Assembly: GCA_973895155.1 (NCBI GenBank)
Contig: OZ316892.1
Location: 1,739,223-1,803,222, forward strand
From: Marsupella aquatica
Lineage: Eukaryota; Plantae; Marchantiophyta
Length of the DNA: 64,000 nt
Direction: 5' to 3'
Shown one piece after another: positions 12,830 to 31,800 of the stretch. Below the pieces are notes generated by a model that made no database searches, was not told where the DNA came from, and saw only the letters and a program-made list of their open reading frames with translations. Both the position numbers and the translations under genes were made by a program. How positions within the stretch are numbered: position 1 is the stretch's first letter; every line of letters starts with the position of its first letter.

Positions 12830-13125
12830 TCAGTGATTGGTATGAAGGTAAGGAGGGAATGGACTTTGCTGCCATGTACTCAGTCCCCATGCCCAAGAAG
12901 AACCCAAAACTGCAAAGGTTCCTGGTACCAGATGGTGGCATGTAACCCTTTGGACTACGTTGCAGTATATTTTGCTCAGAAGTGGGTCGCACCATTTGTA
13001 TACTAATTCTTTCACCACCGATGAATTGTGGCCTATTGATCGGCCTGGTAACAAGCCCAGGGAAATCAGCTGAAATGTTATGCAGTCGAGCGATTATACG
13101 GTTCCGACCCATCTTATAGACGAAG
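12830..13125 (-). mobile_element. Possible highly decayed LINE reverse-transcriptase fragment
   Basis: Frameshifted YKMGRNRIIARL... and LLPGRSIGHNSSVVKELV resemble LINE RT YKI..K.LA.RL...F.PGRSI.DN...QEL. Confidence 0.3.
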
Positions 13126-14532
13126 AATCAAGATACCGGGCACAACCCAGAAATTGAATTTAAAATTTGGAACTGCTTTACCGTGAGAAATTGTCAGAAG
13201 ATATCCAGTTCAGCGTTCTACCAAAGCTGAACGGAAATAACAGCTTGGACAGGGCATTGTCTGACCTGAAGTTAAAATTAGAATTCTCTTGGTGTTTGTG
13301 CATAATAACACAGCATGCGATACACTTCGTGTAATATATCCGGCGTTTCTCAAATTGACACCTTACATTATTATCCAGGAGGTATAACAACCTCAATGAC
13401 CGTCCCTACATGGACGAGGCCTTCAACTTCCGTTTCACATGAAATGGAACACAAACATCGCTAAGGAAACTGCCAAAATCGAGGTTTGAAGTGATCGATT
13501 ATTTCCATTTCGACTAGTATATCAAATTCCCTGGTTATACACACATACACAACCGATTCTGCATGTGTGCTTCTAATCCTTGGCTTTGCAGGAGGTCAAT
13601 ATCTGCAACTTATTTGGTAGCTTTCTCGTTCAGGCGATGCGGTTGTTCATTTCGATGAGCACAACTGCTCTTCAAAAGCTACGGGTTACCCGTAGTTACC
13701 ATTAAAAAGAGATTTTTCCTGAAATTGTAGAGCAAACTGGCATGCTAGTGGGAGAACGAGAAGAACGAGAACAGTGATTGAAATGTGGAAAAATGAGGAG
13801 ATCTTGGACACTTCCCCTTATATAGGGGAAGTTGTGCAGACTACAGAAAGCGTCGGGCCACAGAGACAAAGGAACGTCAAATGGAGGGAATGCAATCGTA
13901 TTTCAAAAGATGTATCGATGGTAAAAAGAACAACTGCCATTCTAAGTACAAGAAGATAGTCTGCCGGAAGCCAACGTACACTGCTTAGAGTTAACATATT
14001 TAGAAGCCGCTATTACTTCCGGTATCGAGCAGATTGTGGAAATCGTTTGACTAGACTCCAATTGAAAGAAGGTTCAGTGCCAGCGCAAAACACCATGATC
14101 GATCAAACAACTTTCGAATACAATCGTGCATGCGAGCTGACTGTGAGTCATTTCTACGCTTCTGATGTATCGGAATCATTGAATATACATCATGAAGATT
14201 AATGTCCATGCACGGCACAATTGACACTCTCCTGTACAATGTTGTCAAGTTTGTCTTCTCGATTACTTTCTCAGGAAAGATTTACAAACGAAAGTCTCTT
14301 GTAGATCAACAGTTTTCAACCACAAAGAATCTACACACGTCAACTCCAGTAACGCACATGCAGCGGCCAAAAACCCACCCGTCCCTACATTTCAAAATCG
14401 CTTAGGGTCTACGCACATTTCACTGTGGTTCTCCAAACTGCGTCAAGGCGGTGATGAAGTTGGCCATCTTTGCCGATCCAGTATGCTGTGGAAACGAAAG
14501 CCGAACTCCTAATATCTTCACCTGCTCGATCT

Positions 14533-14802
14533 TCAGATCTTGCCTTTCCGTTTAAGCTCCTCGTGCTCGTCATTCTCAATCTGCTCATCAATCTGCGCTC
14601 CGCGGGAGGGCTTGTTTCCATGAGACTTTGCAATTTCGGTAGGCCGGGGCCCGGACTGGGCAGCCTTGTCCTCCTCGTGCTCGATCTTCTTCTCCAACTT
14701 TGCCCGATCCGCCAGGGACAAGGAGTCCTTGGGGTCTGCGTAGTTGTGGGAGTGCTTCTGACCGTGCTCGAAGCGGTCTGACGTATCCTCCTCCGTCGAC
14801 AT
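14533..14802 (-). CDS. 89-aa hydrophilic (LEA-like) protein resembling a widespread fungal uncharacterised family
   Basis: Clean intronless ATG..TGA ORF with GC-rich third positions; motifs DRFEHGQKHSH...DPKDSLSLADR and PTEIAKSHGNKPSRGAQIDEQIENDEHEELKRKGK match my recollection of fungal proteins ending HGNEPSRGAKID...E.L.RKGK. Confidence 0.8.
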   Translation of the reverse strand: MSTEEDTSDRFEHGQKHSHNYADPKDSLSLADRAKLEKKIEHEEDKAAQSGPRPTEIAKSHGNKPSRGAQIDEQIENDEHEELKRKGKI

Positions 14803-15062
14803 ACTGCCCGAAGCTGCGGATCTTTCTTACAATCGAAGAGCTCTTAACCCTAGAGGACAGAATTCAGGTCCTTCCGCTCCCTCTACCGGCTTAAATTCAA
14901 CTTCAATCCCTATTTCAAAAGAAGGCGTTACACATTGATCTCCAGACCAAGAATATAAGAGCTCCGCCGAGATCTTTTCTTCCACAGAACCAGCTTCAAT
15001 GCCGCGTTGCTCAGTCTATCGAGGATCCTAGAGTTATGTTTCCAAGGGCAGCAATTCAAGGC

Positions 15063-15155
15063 TATATACTTCAGGTCACTGCTGCCGTGTGAAGGAGCTA
15101 GCCATACTTATCTGCGCTGAAAGGAGGGCCGCGTTGCTGCCATGCGGGCACGCGT
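15063..15155 (-). promoter_or_regulatory. Candidate promoter of the 89-aa gene: TATA box plus CE3/ABRE-like CGCG elements
   Basis: TATATA at 15063-15068, ~260 nt upstream of the ATG; GCCGCGTT 15128-15135; CACGCGT 15149-15155 (ACGCGTG on minus strand); CATGC between them. Confidence 0.4.
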
Positions 15156-15343
15156 TCAGGCTGACGAGTGTACTTCCAATTGTCCACAACGGTCTCCACC
15201 TCTTGCGTGGCTGAATCCTGTCACCTACTGAAGTTTGGGTGCGACCAGATGCGCCCACCTCCGAGCTTCGATGACTGTGTCGATCGTTCTGTTGCCACTC
15301 AAGAAACGCCACTTCACCCTCTTCGTGGACTGTGGGCCCCGAC

Positions 15344-15951
15344 CTCTCATTATTAATATTGTACTCTTTTTTTTTTTTTCTCTCTCTCTCTCTCTCTCTA
15401 AATGCACGTCCCAGAAGTGCAAACCCTCATTATTTAATATTGTACCCGTACACTCGTCTCTCTCTCTCTCTCTCTCTCTCTAAATGCACGTCCCAGAAGT
15501 GCAAACCCTCATTATTTAATATTGTACCCGTACACTCGTCTCTCTCTCTCTCTCTCTCTCTAAATGCACGCCCCAGAAGTGCAAACCCTCATTATTTAAT
15601 ATTGTACCCGTACACTCGTCTCTCTCTCTCTCTCTCTCTCCCTCGCTCTCTCTCTCTCTAAATGCACGCCCCAGAAGTGCAAACCTGGCTATATGCATTC
15701 CTTCAGAAACCCTGGCTATCTGCATTTCTGTAGAAGGCTTTCCGTTCTTTTGTTTTGGCAGGGACTTTCAGGTTTGTGAGGCCTCTTGGGTCTCCTTGGG
15801 GTATTGGTATATAATACATTTACATGTTTCCATGTTTGATATTAATGCATCCATTTACCCAAAGTGGTTATCAGAGATTTAATGGTCTGCGCCCTATGGA
15901 CTTAGCAGAATCATGTCCGCTGTTACTGGACCCAACTCTCGTTATTGTACC

Positions 15952-15997
<46 letters not shown>

Positions 15998-16385
15998 ACG
16001 CCCCAGAAGGCAAACCCTGGCTACATGCATTCCTTCAGAAACCCTGGCTATCTGCATTTCTATAGAAGGCTTTCCGTTCTTTTGTTTTGGCAGGGACTTT
16101 CAGGTTTGTGAGGCCTCTTGGGTCTCCTTGGGGTAATGGTATATAATACATTTCCATGTTTCCATGTTTGATATTTATGCATCCATTTACCTAAAGTGGC
16201 TATCAGAGATTTGATGGTCTGCTCCCGCTGGACTTAGCAGAATCATGTCCGTTATTACTGGCGGGACCCAACTCTCACTATTGTACAGGTACATTCATCT
16301 CTCTCTCGCTAAGTGCACACCCCATAAGTGCAAACCCTGGCTATGAGCATTTCTTTAGAAGGCTTTCCGTTCTTTTGTTGTGGCA
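15344..16385. repeat. Compound tandem repeat: ~80-bp units containing (CT)n, followed by a ~330-bp duplication and a partial third copy
   Basis: taaatgcacg[t/c]cccagaagtgcaaaccctcattatttaatattgtacccgtacactcg(tc)n occurs x3-4 at 15399-15680; 15659-15950 is repeated at ~15993-16285 and partly at 16309-16385. Confidence 0.95.
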
Positions 16386-17389
16386 AAATGGAAACTAAGG
16401 CTGTCACTGAATTATTTACTGTTGTTTGGTAGGGCCCTATAATTTTAGGCCCTAACTTAAAACCCCTATCAGGGAGTGTCAGAGCACTCCCACAAGCTAG
16501 GTCTTATGGTTGGAAGTTTTGGACATAGCATGCTTATGGGGCACATATTTGGGTAGCCCGTAACATTTATGTCCTCGGCTGAAACTCAATTACGGCCCTC
16601 ATTTGACAAGCCCTATTGCCATGGAAAACAACATCTTCCTATCTGTGTATGAGCTGAGCAAGGCACTAGTCACCACCCTTTGCCATTCATGTATACACAG
16701 TTTGCAGTATGCCTTCGCAGGGGCACAGTTTTGTTTTATTAAAATTTGGAAAGTTGGGATGCCATTGTCTGAAGGTGGACGTTGCCTTGAGATTTGGGCT
16801 TGTTATTGGTCAATGCAAAAATGTGGCAAACATGACAAAAACAAAGATTTTATCATAACACGTAAGGGCCGGAAGTTATAGAGCCCTACAAGTGCAAGAC
16901 ACCTCTTAAATAATTGAATAAAATGTTGGACATCATATCGTACTGTGCGGTGGCTTACTGGATAAGACCCAAGAACAATCGATTGTATAGTATAGTACAG
17001 TACAGTACTGACGTACTGTAGTACAGTTCAGTAGGGTGTCCTGGAAGGGAGTCGGTGCCTAAGACAGCTTTAAGGAAAAGACCATAAGTGCAGGCGATTT
17101 CACAAGGTATTAAACTCATGAGTGCACAAGGTATTAAACTCATGAGTGCGGCTAGTTACTCATCCCACCCGGGTTACATGTAATCCCCTCTCTAGTCAGC
17201 TTCCCTCACGCATTAGACCAAGGTTACATGTAATCCACTCTCTAGTCAGCTTTGCCTCTGATTAGAGGAGGACAATCAACATTGATCTTGACTAATGTTC
17301 ACCGGGATGTGGGGCCAATGGAATAGCTTGCTATTCCAGCCCTGTCACTCCACTTCCCTCCCGGGAGGACCAATTTAATCCCAACAGCA

Positions 17390-17622
17390 TTAGCCCTTTA
17401 AACCCATAAAAACAAATAACCCCCTTAAACTCATGAAAACCAATAACCCTTAAAAAACCAATAAAACCAAAACCCATAAAAACCCATAAAACCAGTAACC
17501 CCCTAAACCCCCTAAAACCCCCAAAACCCCCTAAAACCCATAAAAAACAATAACCGCCGTAACCCTTAAAACCCATAACCCCCTAAATCCCATAACCCTA
17601 AACCCCATAACCCTAAACCCCA
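17390..17622. repeat. Low-complexity A/C-rich degenerate repeat (aaaacccataa/ccctaaa)
   Basis: Direct inspection; contains isolated CCCTAAA units but no perfect array. Confidence 0.8.
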
Positions 17623-18429
17623 TCAGCACATTGCAAGGAACGAGCACTGAAAGGAACTGAACGAGTTCCTTAAAAACTTAAACAGGGCTTTTAAACTATC
17701 ACTGAAAGAGCAAATGCTAGTAAGGATCAAGACTCCTCGTGATCGTAAGCGCTTGTGCTTCGCAGTCAGAAAAACACCTGACCACCCTGTGGCCTATTGC
17801 AATTGACGCAGATTTCTTCTAGAACATCAAACCATTTAGTGCAATGGAATTGCCATCACTGCTGCAGCTTTGGGCTCATCTTGTTAGTCGTCAAAGTCTC
17901 CAAACAGAATGTGTCGCTGCAAATAACGCAGTCATTGTCGTCAAGAACGTTGTCACACTGTTCCAAAATTGTAAGATACGTAAATTATCACCACCATACC
18001 TCGGTCCAGATCAGCCTTGATACGACACATTTTTGCTACAGAGCTACGGCCTTCCGTATTATCAAGAACGCCAGTTTTGGGCAATGCACCCGTGTACTTA
18101 GATTCTCTGGTCTATACAACTGATGGCTACATTCGTAGCGGTTCCGAAGATCAGTCCACCAACGTGCCTACTCTGGAGCGATGAGCGTCCACGTTTGCGG
18201 CGTGAAATCTGGGGCAACAGATCTGGTGCTATTTCCAAAGGCAGGAACTTCCCAAAAGTCTTTTGAGTTGAGCAAGAGCCCGCTTTGCTGCCCTCTGAAA
18301 CTGAAGCTACTTACTGCATCAATGGCCAATACTGAATTCGTGAGTGGCAGTGACTCTACTCTCGCACCAAATGAGAAGGGCACGGCGCCTGGTCCAAATT
18401 GCCTTCAGGAAGCGACTCCGTTCATTGCG

Positions 18430-24540
<6,111 letters not shown>

Positions 24541-24659
24541 CGCTTCCTCTTCGCGCTCGTCCTCTCGTCGATGGAATTCTCACACCGCGCTCAACATCTT
24601 CCTTTTCTTCACTCTCCCGAAAGCAAAAGACTGAAGAAAACTATCACTTCAGAAGATTG

Positions 24660-24671
24660 TTCCCGCGCAAA
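24660..24671. promoter_or_regulatory. E2F-like site (TTCCCGCGCAAA) ~120 nt upstream of the MCM3 ATG
   Basis: TTCCCGC core overlapping GCGCAAA; MCM genes are established E2F targets. A second match ATTCGCGG lies in intron 1 (24343-24350) and a telo-box-like AACCCTAAA near 24887. Confidence 0.55.
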
Positions 24672-25100
24672 CCGAGAGCTCGTGTCCGCAGGGGAGGACG
24701 ACGGGTCACAGGGTCACATCGAGGGTGAAACAGGGGATGCAATGTCCCTGCGTCCCTAAAAACGCGGTAGAGTCGCAATTCTCTAAGTGCAACTCCTGAG
24801 AAGAAACCAGCTTATGTGCCGGATTCCACTATGTGATAAGTGCAAACCCATTGCATTGTACACTATCAATGACAGCGTAAACCCTGAACCCTAAATCCAC
24901 AAGCCGAGAACTCGTGTCCGCAGGGTAGGACAACGGGCCACAGGGTGAAGTCTAGGGTGAAGCAGGGGGTGCTGTCCCTACATCCCTAAAAATGCGGTAG
25001 AGTCGCAATTCTCTAAGTGCAACTCCTGAGAAGAAGCAGCTTATGTGCATGGTTTCCACTATGTGATAAGTGCAAACCCATAGCATTGTGTGCTATCAAT
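24672..25100. repeat. ~230-bp tandem duplication in the MCM3 upstream region
   Basis: ccgaga.ctcgtgtccgcaggg...gcggtagagtcgcaattctctaagtgcaactcctgagaagaa...ctatcaat at ~24672-24870 and ~24904-25100. Confidence 0.92.
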
Positions 25101-26261
25101 AAGAGTGTATGGGTTTAAATCTCCTTGTTTAAAAAATGGGCAATATACTCTCTTAGTGTAGTGAATAGTCTAGTCATTCCCACCCTAAAGTGTAGATCCC
25201 TGCCCTAAATTAAGTCCCTTGCCCCTTAAGTGCAATTTTTACTGTTCTGAGAAATGCCATGAATTTTTTAATAAATGAAATTTGATGGGATTTGTGTGCC
25301 TATTGGCAAGAGTTCACGTACACCTATAAGGGTTTGAGCTTATAAAGTTGTGGTTTACCACGACAATTTCAAGACTGTTTTGCACTCATGAAAGGTGCAA
25401 AACAATTGCAAAACTCCATATAGAGAAAAGAGTAAAATGGGATGCTTGCAGTTATCCATGTTTGTACTTATAGACTGTGCACTTAGAGAGGGGCCACTGT
25501 ACTCCAATACAGTAGAGAAGAATTCCAGGTTTATGGGTTTTTTTATTACTTGGCCTCACAAATGTGTATTAGTCGTCAACCATATGCGCTCAAATCCAAA
25601 GGTTTGAGTTGGTCCTTGTCTGCCTTTTTTATCTGCTCAACAACATGGGTGCCCCAAAGCTTCATTGTTACGGATGATGGCTGTAGGCCAAAAATAATTA
25701 GCTGTAACTATTTCACAACTTTGAAAAAAATAAAAGTTTTGTTTCAATAGCCTCTCTAGTGACTTAGATCGTGGCATACAGTCAGTTTTTACTGCAAAAA
25801 GTTATGGATGGTGAATTTTTATGTCCATCACTTTTTTAGTCTGTAACCTTAACCTAGTAGCTAAGGTACATCAACTTCTTGAGGTTTGAGACCCCCTATT
25901 GGTGCACAAATGCATGTTGTCACGGAAATGTTGCCATTGCAGAAGCATCTCATTACCCAACTGGTTGTGAAAGATGGTTGATGCAAAACTCTGCACTTGT
26001 AAAATGTGTGTCATAACAAAAATATTGTTGATGACAAAGACTCCAAGCCAGAGTACTGTAGGGATGAAACATGTGGGCAGGGACAGTCCGGGCAAGAGTC
26101 AACGTAGAAAAACTGACAAACCCCCTATTTGGTCCCCTCTTCTGGTGAGGCTTTCTACACCCAAAGATCTTTTTAACTTCAACAAACGTGAATCCATTGA
26201 ATGAAGGAGCAAACATATGGAAATGTTTACACCACCTCCAAAGGTGGTATAAATTTATAGA

Positions 26262-26450
26262 TAAATAAGCACTCCACATCAGCATTTACTTGGGCCCACT
26301 ACTTGGCCATATAGGATAGGTACACACTATACCTGAACAGAACCCCAAGTTCTTGTACAGCCAAGGTTTCCATTCATTATATAGTCCAGATTTAACCTTA
26401 GAAGGAACAAGAATGAACAATGGGCCCTTGATAGCTTGTAAAGCAGCCCT
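26262..26450. repeat. Dispersed non-coding repeat, copy 1 of 3 (others ~39288-39400 and ~42297-42465)
   Basis: Shared colinear blocks cactcca.atcagcat.tacttgggcccact (copies 1 and 3), cac.atacct, tttccatt.attatat.gt, aatggg(g)ccc. Confidence 0.75.
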
Positions 26451-26451
26451 G

Positions 26452-26521
26452 AGGCAAGGCAAGGCAAGGCAAGGCAAGGCAAGGCAAGAGGAGGCGCAAG
26501 GCAAGGCAAGGCAAGGCAAGA
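26452..26521. repeat. (GGCAA)n pentanucleotide microsatellite
   Basis: Directly visible, one interruption. Confidence 0.95.
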
Positions 26522-28732
26522 GGAGGCACAAGTGGAGCAGGAGAGGACAAGGCAACAAGAGAGTGAAAAGCGACCTCAACTCTACATGTCTCCTGAAGGT
26601 CCTCTACTGAAGTTCAGAAATGACATTCCCATTTTCTCTGAAAAAAGTATTGAAAATTATTAGTCTCATTCAAAAGCTTCTGTAGTGCTTGGCTGCGCCA
26701 TGGCATTGGCCACTTCATTTTTTCACGACTGCACAAATGCAGCACAAGTGCCAGAAGTTATTTCTCTGGAAATCTGCAGTGACAATTGAGAATTTAATGG
26801 CTTTTGCCTGAGGTGTCAACCCCCTCTTGTGCTTGTCAAGAGGGTCTGGTAGCCATCTGGGCCAGTAGCCCTCAGCCATAGCACTCCATTTCAAAGCCTT
26901 CTTGCCCTCAGCTTTCCACCTCCCTCCCATAGCCTTCCACTTTCCATCCCATAACCCAGGACAGGAACTCAAAGTTCTATACATAGCAATGTTTGGCGCC
27001 TCCGTTGAGTCACCTATTATGTTCCACTCTAAAACATATTTTTTACTCAAACAAAGTATTTCTTTTACTTAAATCCTCCTGTTTGCGTGTCAAATAAATG
27101 TTTGTTCTGTAGGCCTTTGATGCCGTAGGAGAGTGAAAAAGCCGTATCGTATATCCGAAACACGGTCATAAAAAATGCCTAGGTGCTTGCTCCATACGAC
27201 TGGGGGTGCCCTAAGAGAGAGAAAAAGCCATATCCTGCATCAAAGCATTCATAAAAAAATGACTTGGTTTTAACACCCTCCCCCCATCCAAAAAAAGGTA
27301 CAAATCTCAAAAAGTTAAAGCGCAAATGCTCTGAAAGGGGAGGGAGCATGGGTTGCTTTTGAACAACCGGCAGCCCACCACGAGGATGGAATGACTAGTA
27401 TCTGTCACACTTTTTCGATGTTGCTTACACTCAAGCCCATCAATTTCAAGAGGATATAAAAAAGTTTATTGACTATCATGCATTTTGCATTCCGAGCAAA
27501 TGAAATGCGTTTTATCCTTGATCACACAAAGGACAAAGAACACATTAATGAGTTTTATCCGCAATCATGAGGAATTTTCTGGTTGTTCCTACCCAGTGCA
27601 AAATATGTGAGAAATAAAGAAACGAATTTATTTTAAACCAGCCAGGTGTGCCCCTTTAATAAACGTGTGGCACTCATGGTCTAGAACATTTCCAAAATTA
27701 TGTGCAAAAGAAGTGGCATGTGCATTGTTGCGTGATGACCTCAAGCACTACTATGTTAAAATCTTAACGACAAAATTGGATGGCAACCAAGATATTCCAG
27801 ATAATTCAAGCAGTATATAATCATACAACAACTTTGATACCAAACTTGGCCACAAAGAGGCACGGTTCTGAGTTTTTTTTTGTAAATATTTATTTAGACT
27901 GATATGAATTTAATTATTTATTGTGTCTTGAAAGAAAATGTAACAGATCAATAGATTTACTATACACTTAGATTTACTCACTAGTGGAATACAAATCCCA
28001 GATGGACCATGCAAGGGGTTTGATGTGAAGCCCAGAAGGATTTCCAAAGTTTGGATGGATTGATATAGTACATATAGAAAGGGCAGGATCGGTTACAAAT
28101 TTGACCGCTTGCAGTTGGCTTTAATTACTTAACCTGGAGAGTGGTGAGTCATAGTTCATGGACAAACCCGGAGAGTGGTGAGTCATAGTTCATGGACAAA
28201 CTATTCAGGGTGTCCGTCACAAAAGTGAATCATCTGTTTATAGTTGCTTTATAGTACTTGACCATATCCATGCTCCTCGGAAATGGAGCAATGACGTCAT
28301 AAGAATCTCAAACTTTTCTGGGTAGTAGAAAAAAAAAAAAAAAAACATTAAAGAACATGCTGAAAAAAACATTAAAGAACATGCTGAAAAAAATTGAGCA
28401 GATCCAGAAGTTATTCAACTAAATGCACAAGTTTGGCAGTTTATAGTTAGTCCAGGTGCTTGGGAAAAATACTCAGAGAGTCCTTTTCAAAAGTGAAGCG
28501 GCCTTGCGAAAAATCTCAGTCACCTTTTCTTCTGGTGTCAGCCAGCAGATAAATATAACTACCCAATGCTTTGTGTATTGCACAATATTGTCAATAGTAA
28601 ATGATGTTAATCAGATGTGTCATTGAACATAAGTGAGATGGTAGCAGTCGAACACTACCAAGAGTTGGCAACTGGATTTCAAAGAGTATGAAAGATGTGA
28701 GAAACTCATGGATTGGGCAAGGAAAGGTGCAC

Positions 28733-28893
28733 ACTAGACCTTTAGATCCATCTACTTTATTGTCTAGGAAAAAATGTCAGGGTGCACACCACACCTTTAG
28801 ACCCATCTACTTTATTATCTAGGAAAGAATGTCAATGTGCACACCACACCTTTAGATCCATCTACTTTATTGTCTAGGAAAAAATGTCAATGT
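28733..28893. repeat. Three tandem ~55-bp units; nearby 35-bp (28134-28200) and ~55-bp (29590-29700) duplications
   Basis: acctttaga.ccatctactttatt.tctaggaaa.aatgtca x3. Confidence 0.9.
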
Positions 28894-31800
28894 CACCATC
28901 TTGGAAAGAGAGGGATGCTTCCGGCCAGAATAGCATTTCTTAAGTATATCTAAAGAATTACTAAGTATATTGTCCACAGAGTGACATATAAATTAGAAAA
29001 GGGGATCAGATATTGAGAAGGATAAAGTATCTTCCTACACTTGCACAGTCAGACTTGGATTTTGCCGTATCAAAGTGGGTCCGTTCAAACCTATGCTTAC
29101 AGTCAACGCATGTTCCGTGTGCTCGCCTCCCCAAAATGATTTCTCCAATGTCATGACTGGCTTGTGGAAATGTTACTTTAGATGATGGTATATTGGTATG
29201 AGGAATCATCCCTGAATGTTTGTTCTTGATGATTTTGTTGTGATTGTCGCTCTAAATATAGCTTTTCAAGTTTTTAGAGGTGATTCAACCCAAACAGTTC
29301 TAAGAATGTCTCACCCTCCTTTAGAACGATCAGACACTTACTAACATGTAGCACCCCTTTTCAAAAAACAATGCATTTCCTAAGTGTATCATCACAGGCG
29401 CGTGCTTTCATGTGAGATGATTTAATTTCTTAATTTTGTTAAAATGAAAGCAACAGAAGTAAGTTGGTCCCAAGGTTCATTTTGCTTAAATGCACCCGAC
29501 CCAAATGGATTTGACGAACTATATATACCTGAAGAATTTTTTTCAAACCAAAAACAAAGGGCGCCCAACCAGTTGACATCCCTCAGGCCGAAAACCCAAT
29601 CAAGGGAAAACAAAGAAAAGGCCAAAAAACCAGAGAAACCAGGCCAAAAACCCAATCAAGGGAAAACAAGGAAAAGGCCAAAAAAACCAGAGAAACCAGG
29701 GCAGAAGCCTTGCTTGAGTGAAAAGCAAACCAAGACTGACTTTATTTCATGGCAGCTTGTTCCTCTTTGTTTTTGGATCCTCCCTTTCAAAACCTGTTCT
29801 CTTACACCTGTTGTACATCTTTGATTGGCTTTCACATAGGTTTCAGCTCCCAAGATAAATAAGTGTCTTCGTAGGAGAATTGGATATTTTGGAGAATATT
29901 CACATGAATTAAAGTAATAGTGGTAGTGTTTGGGACATGAGCTTCACCTCTCCTTGTTTTAATTTAAGAAGATACCAAGCAGTGGCACCAACAACGCAGG
30001 AGATTCTCCTCGTGTAACTCAACCACATCGATTTCTCATTCAGGCCCCCAAGTCATTTTGTCCTCACAGTGAACGATTTAGCAAGGAGTAACTTATAAGT
30101 GGCACTCTCCATTTCACTCGACAACTTACCAAATATACACTCTTTAGTGCTTATGATCCAGGCTATACTAATAAGGAACATTGCAGAGATGAGAGACTTT
30201 TCTATAATCTACATATAGTCTACAGTAGGTTGTCCAATAGCAACATTGCAAGCATGGTAGAAAATTAAATCAGTCAGGACAAACATATTGAGACCGTGGA
30301 GGAGTTGGCTTAAGCAGTTGGAAGGCAAACCCATAATTTTATTCCATGACACAGAATTTCCAAGAGCACCAAGAGCATATGCAGTGGGCCCATGCCACAA
30401 ACTTTTTCTAGGTATGGAAGCCAAAGGACTCGAGTAGGGTAAAACCGAATTATTTGTCAGAAAGAAAAATACAAACAGCCAGCACCCCGAGGCTCAGTGG
30501 CCAAAACCACTCAGAGTAACCAGGCCAGGCAGCACAACAGGCACAAGTGTAAGCGTCTATCAAAAACTTTCCTTTGCATCATGGTGCAGAGACTCATCAT
30601 AACATTTACCTTTGTATTTGGCGAAAATATATCATTGACAACAGGCAAGAGAGGGCTGTAACCCACTGGCTAGGCTGGGCCTGTGTAACCCCACTGCCTA
30701 CCAGTTATTCGAGAGTGAATAGTAGATTTGCAAGTGGTTAGATGCGTCCATGAACTTCGTTTTCAGTCCATGGATAGATCTTCTTTCTTTTGGCACGACA
30801 ACTCGTCAGCTTTACAGAGGGTCACTGGTGAGCGATGAGCACACATCCAAAGAAATCCAGGAGCAGCGAGTGCTTCCCTTCATCCTTCACAATGAGATGG
30901 GATCGAAATGCTCTGAGAACCTTACACAGTAAGAAAGAACCATGATACCAGTGTTGACTGTAGCCGAGACTGTAGATGAGACATAGACATGAACAGTCCA
31001 AAGCTAATGTTGCATCAACAATAATGCTACCGAAAGAGCAGGAAGAACAATAGATCTTTTCAGGATTTGAAGCCCAAGAAGGGGAGGTCTCTCCATGTGG
31101 ATTCAAATCGTGCTTAGGAGGTAAGAAGAATGGGGGAAGCCTATTTGAGCTTGTGAATGACAGAGCAACCGTCAACGTGCACATACTGTCTGAAAACAGC
31201 CCAACCTTTGACTGCAATGGCATATAGATTGTTCTCAGGACCTGTGGATTGAACACTGTTGATCCAAATGAACGATTTGTTAATCCTCGCAGCTTGTCCC
31301 ACCAGCGGTGGAGCACCGTGTCAATCGCAAAGAAGAGTTTGAGCAGCATGAGGAACCGAAAATTTGTGAGTGATGATCCTATGGTAGAAAAATGTGTGGT
31401 CTGTGTAACTATTCCATTCGAAGCGCAAAGTACAAAGGGCAAAGACGTGCAAAGCAAGTACGTCTACAGTAGACTGGCCACCGCAGGCAGGTCAGCACTC
31501 TGTAAAGTCAGCAAGAAGTCTACCTCTTGAGTTCTGGTTTGATCGAACTCCATTCCTATTCTACTTGTTTCTCAGTGAACAAAACCCACACACAGTATTT
31601 CAGTCATTGAAAAAGCCCCAACAGTTCACATGGCGTGCACTACCTGGATTTCTAAGCCATGATGGTCGTGAATTAGATCTGGAGGACAGACAGACCAGGA
31701 CGTCAATTGGTTATATGAACCGAAGGTACACTGGCACCCCTGGAGTGACGGATGTATGCAAAATCCAGGGATGGATTGAATTCATAAGACAGGGGTAAGG

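Noticed and set aside
15344-15680. Regularly spaced repeats resembling a CRISPR array
   Set aside because: The intervening sequences are identical or (CT)n rather than unique spacers; eukaryotic context with no cas genes.
17390-17622. Interstitial telomere
   Set aside because: Only scattered CCCTAAA units in a degenerate A/C-rich tract; no run of perfect heptamers.
26286-26610. ORFs with LALPC / QGKAR repeats
   Set aside because: Translations of the (GGCAA)n microsatellite.
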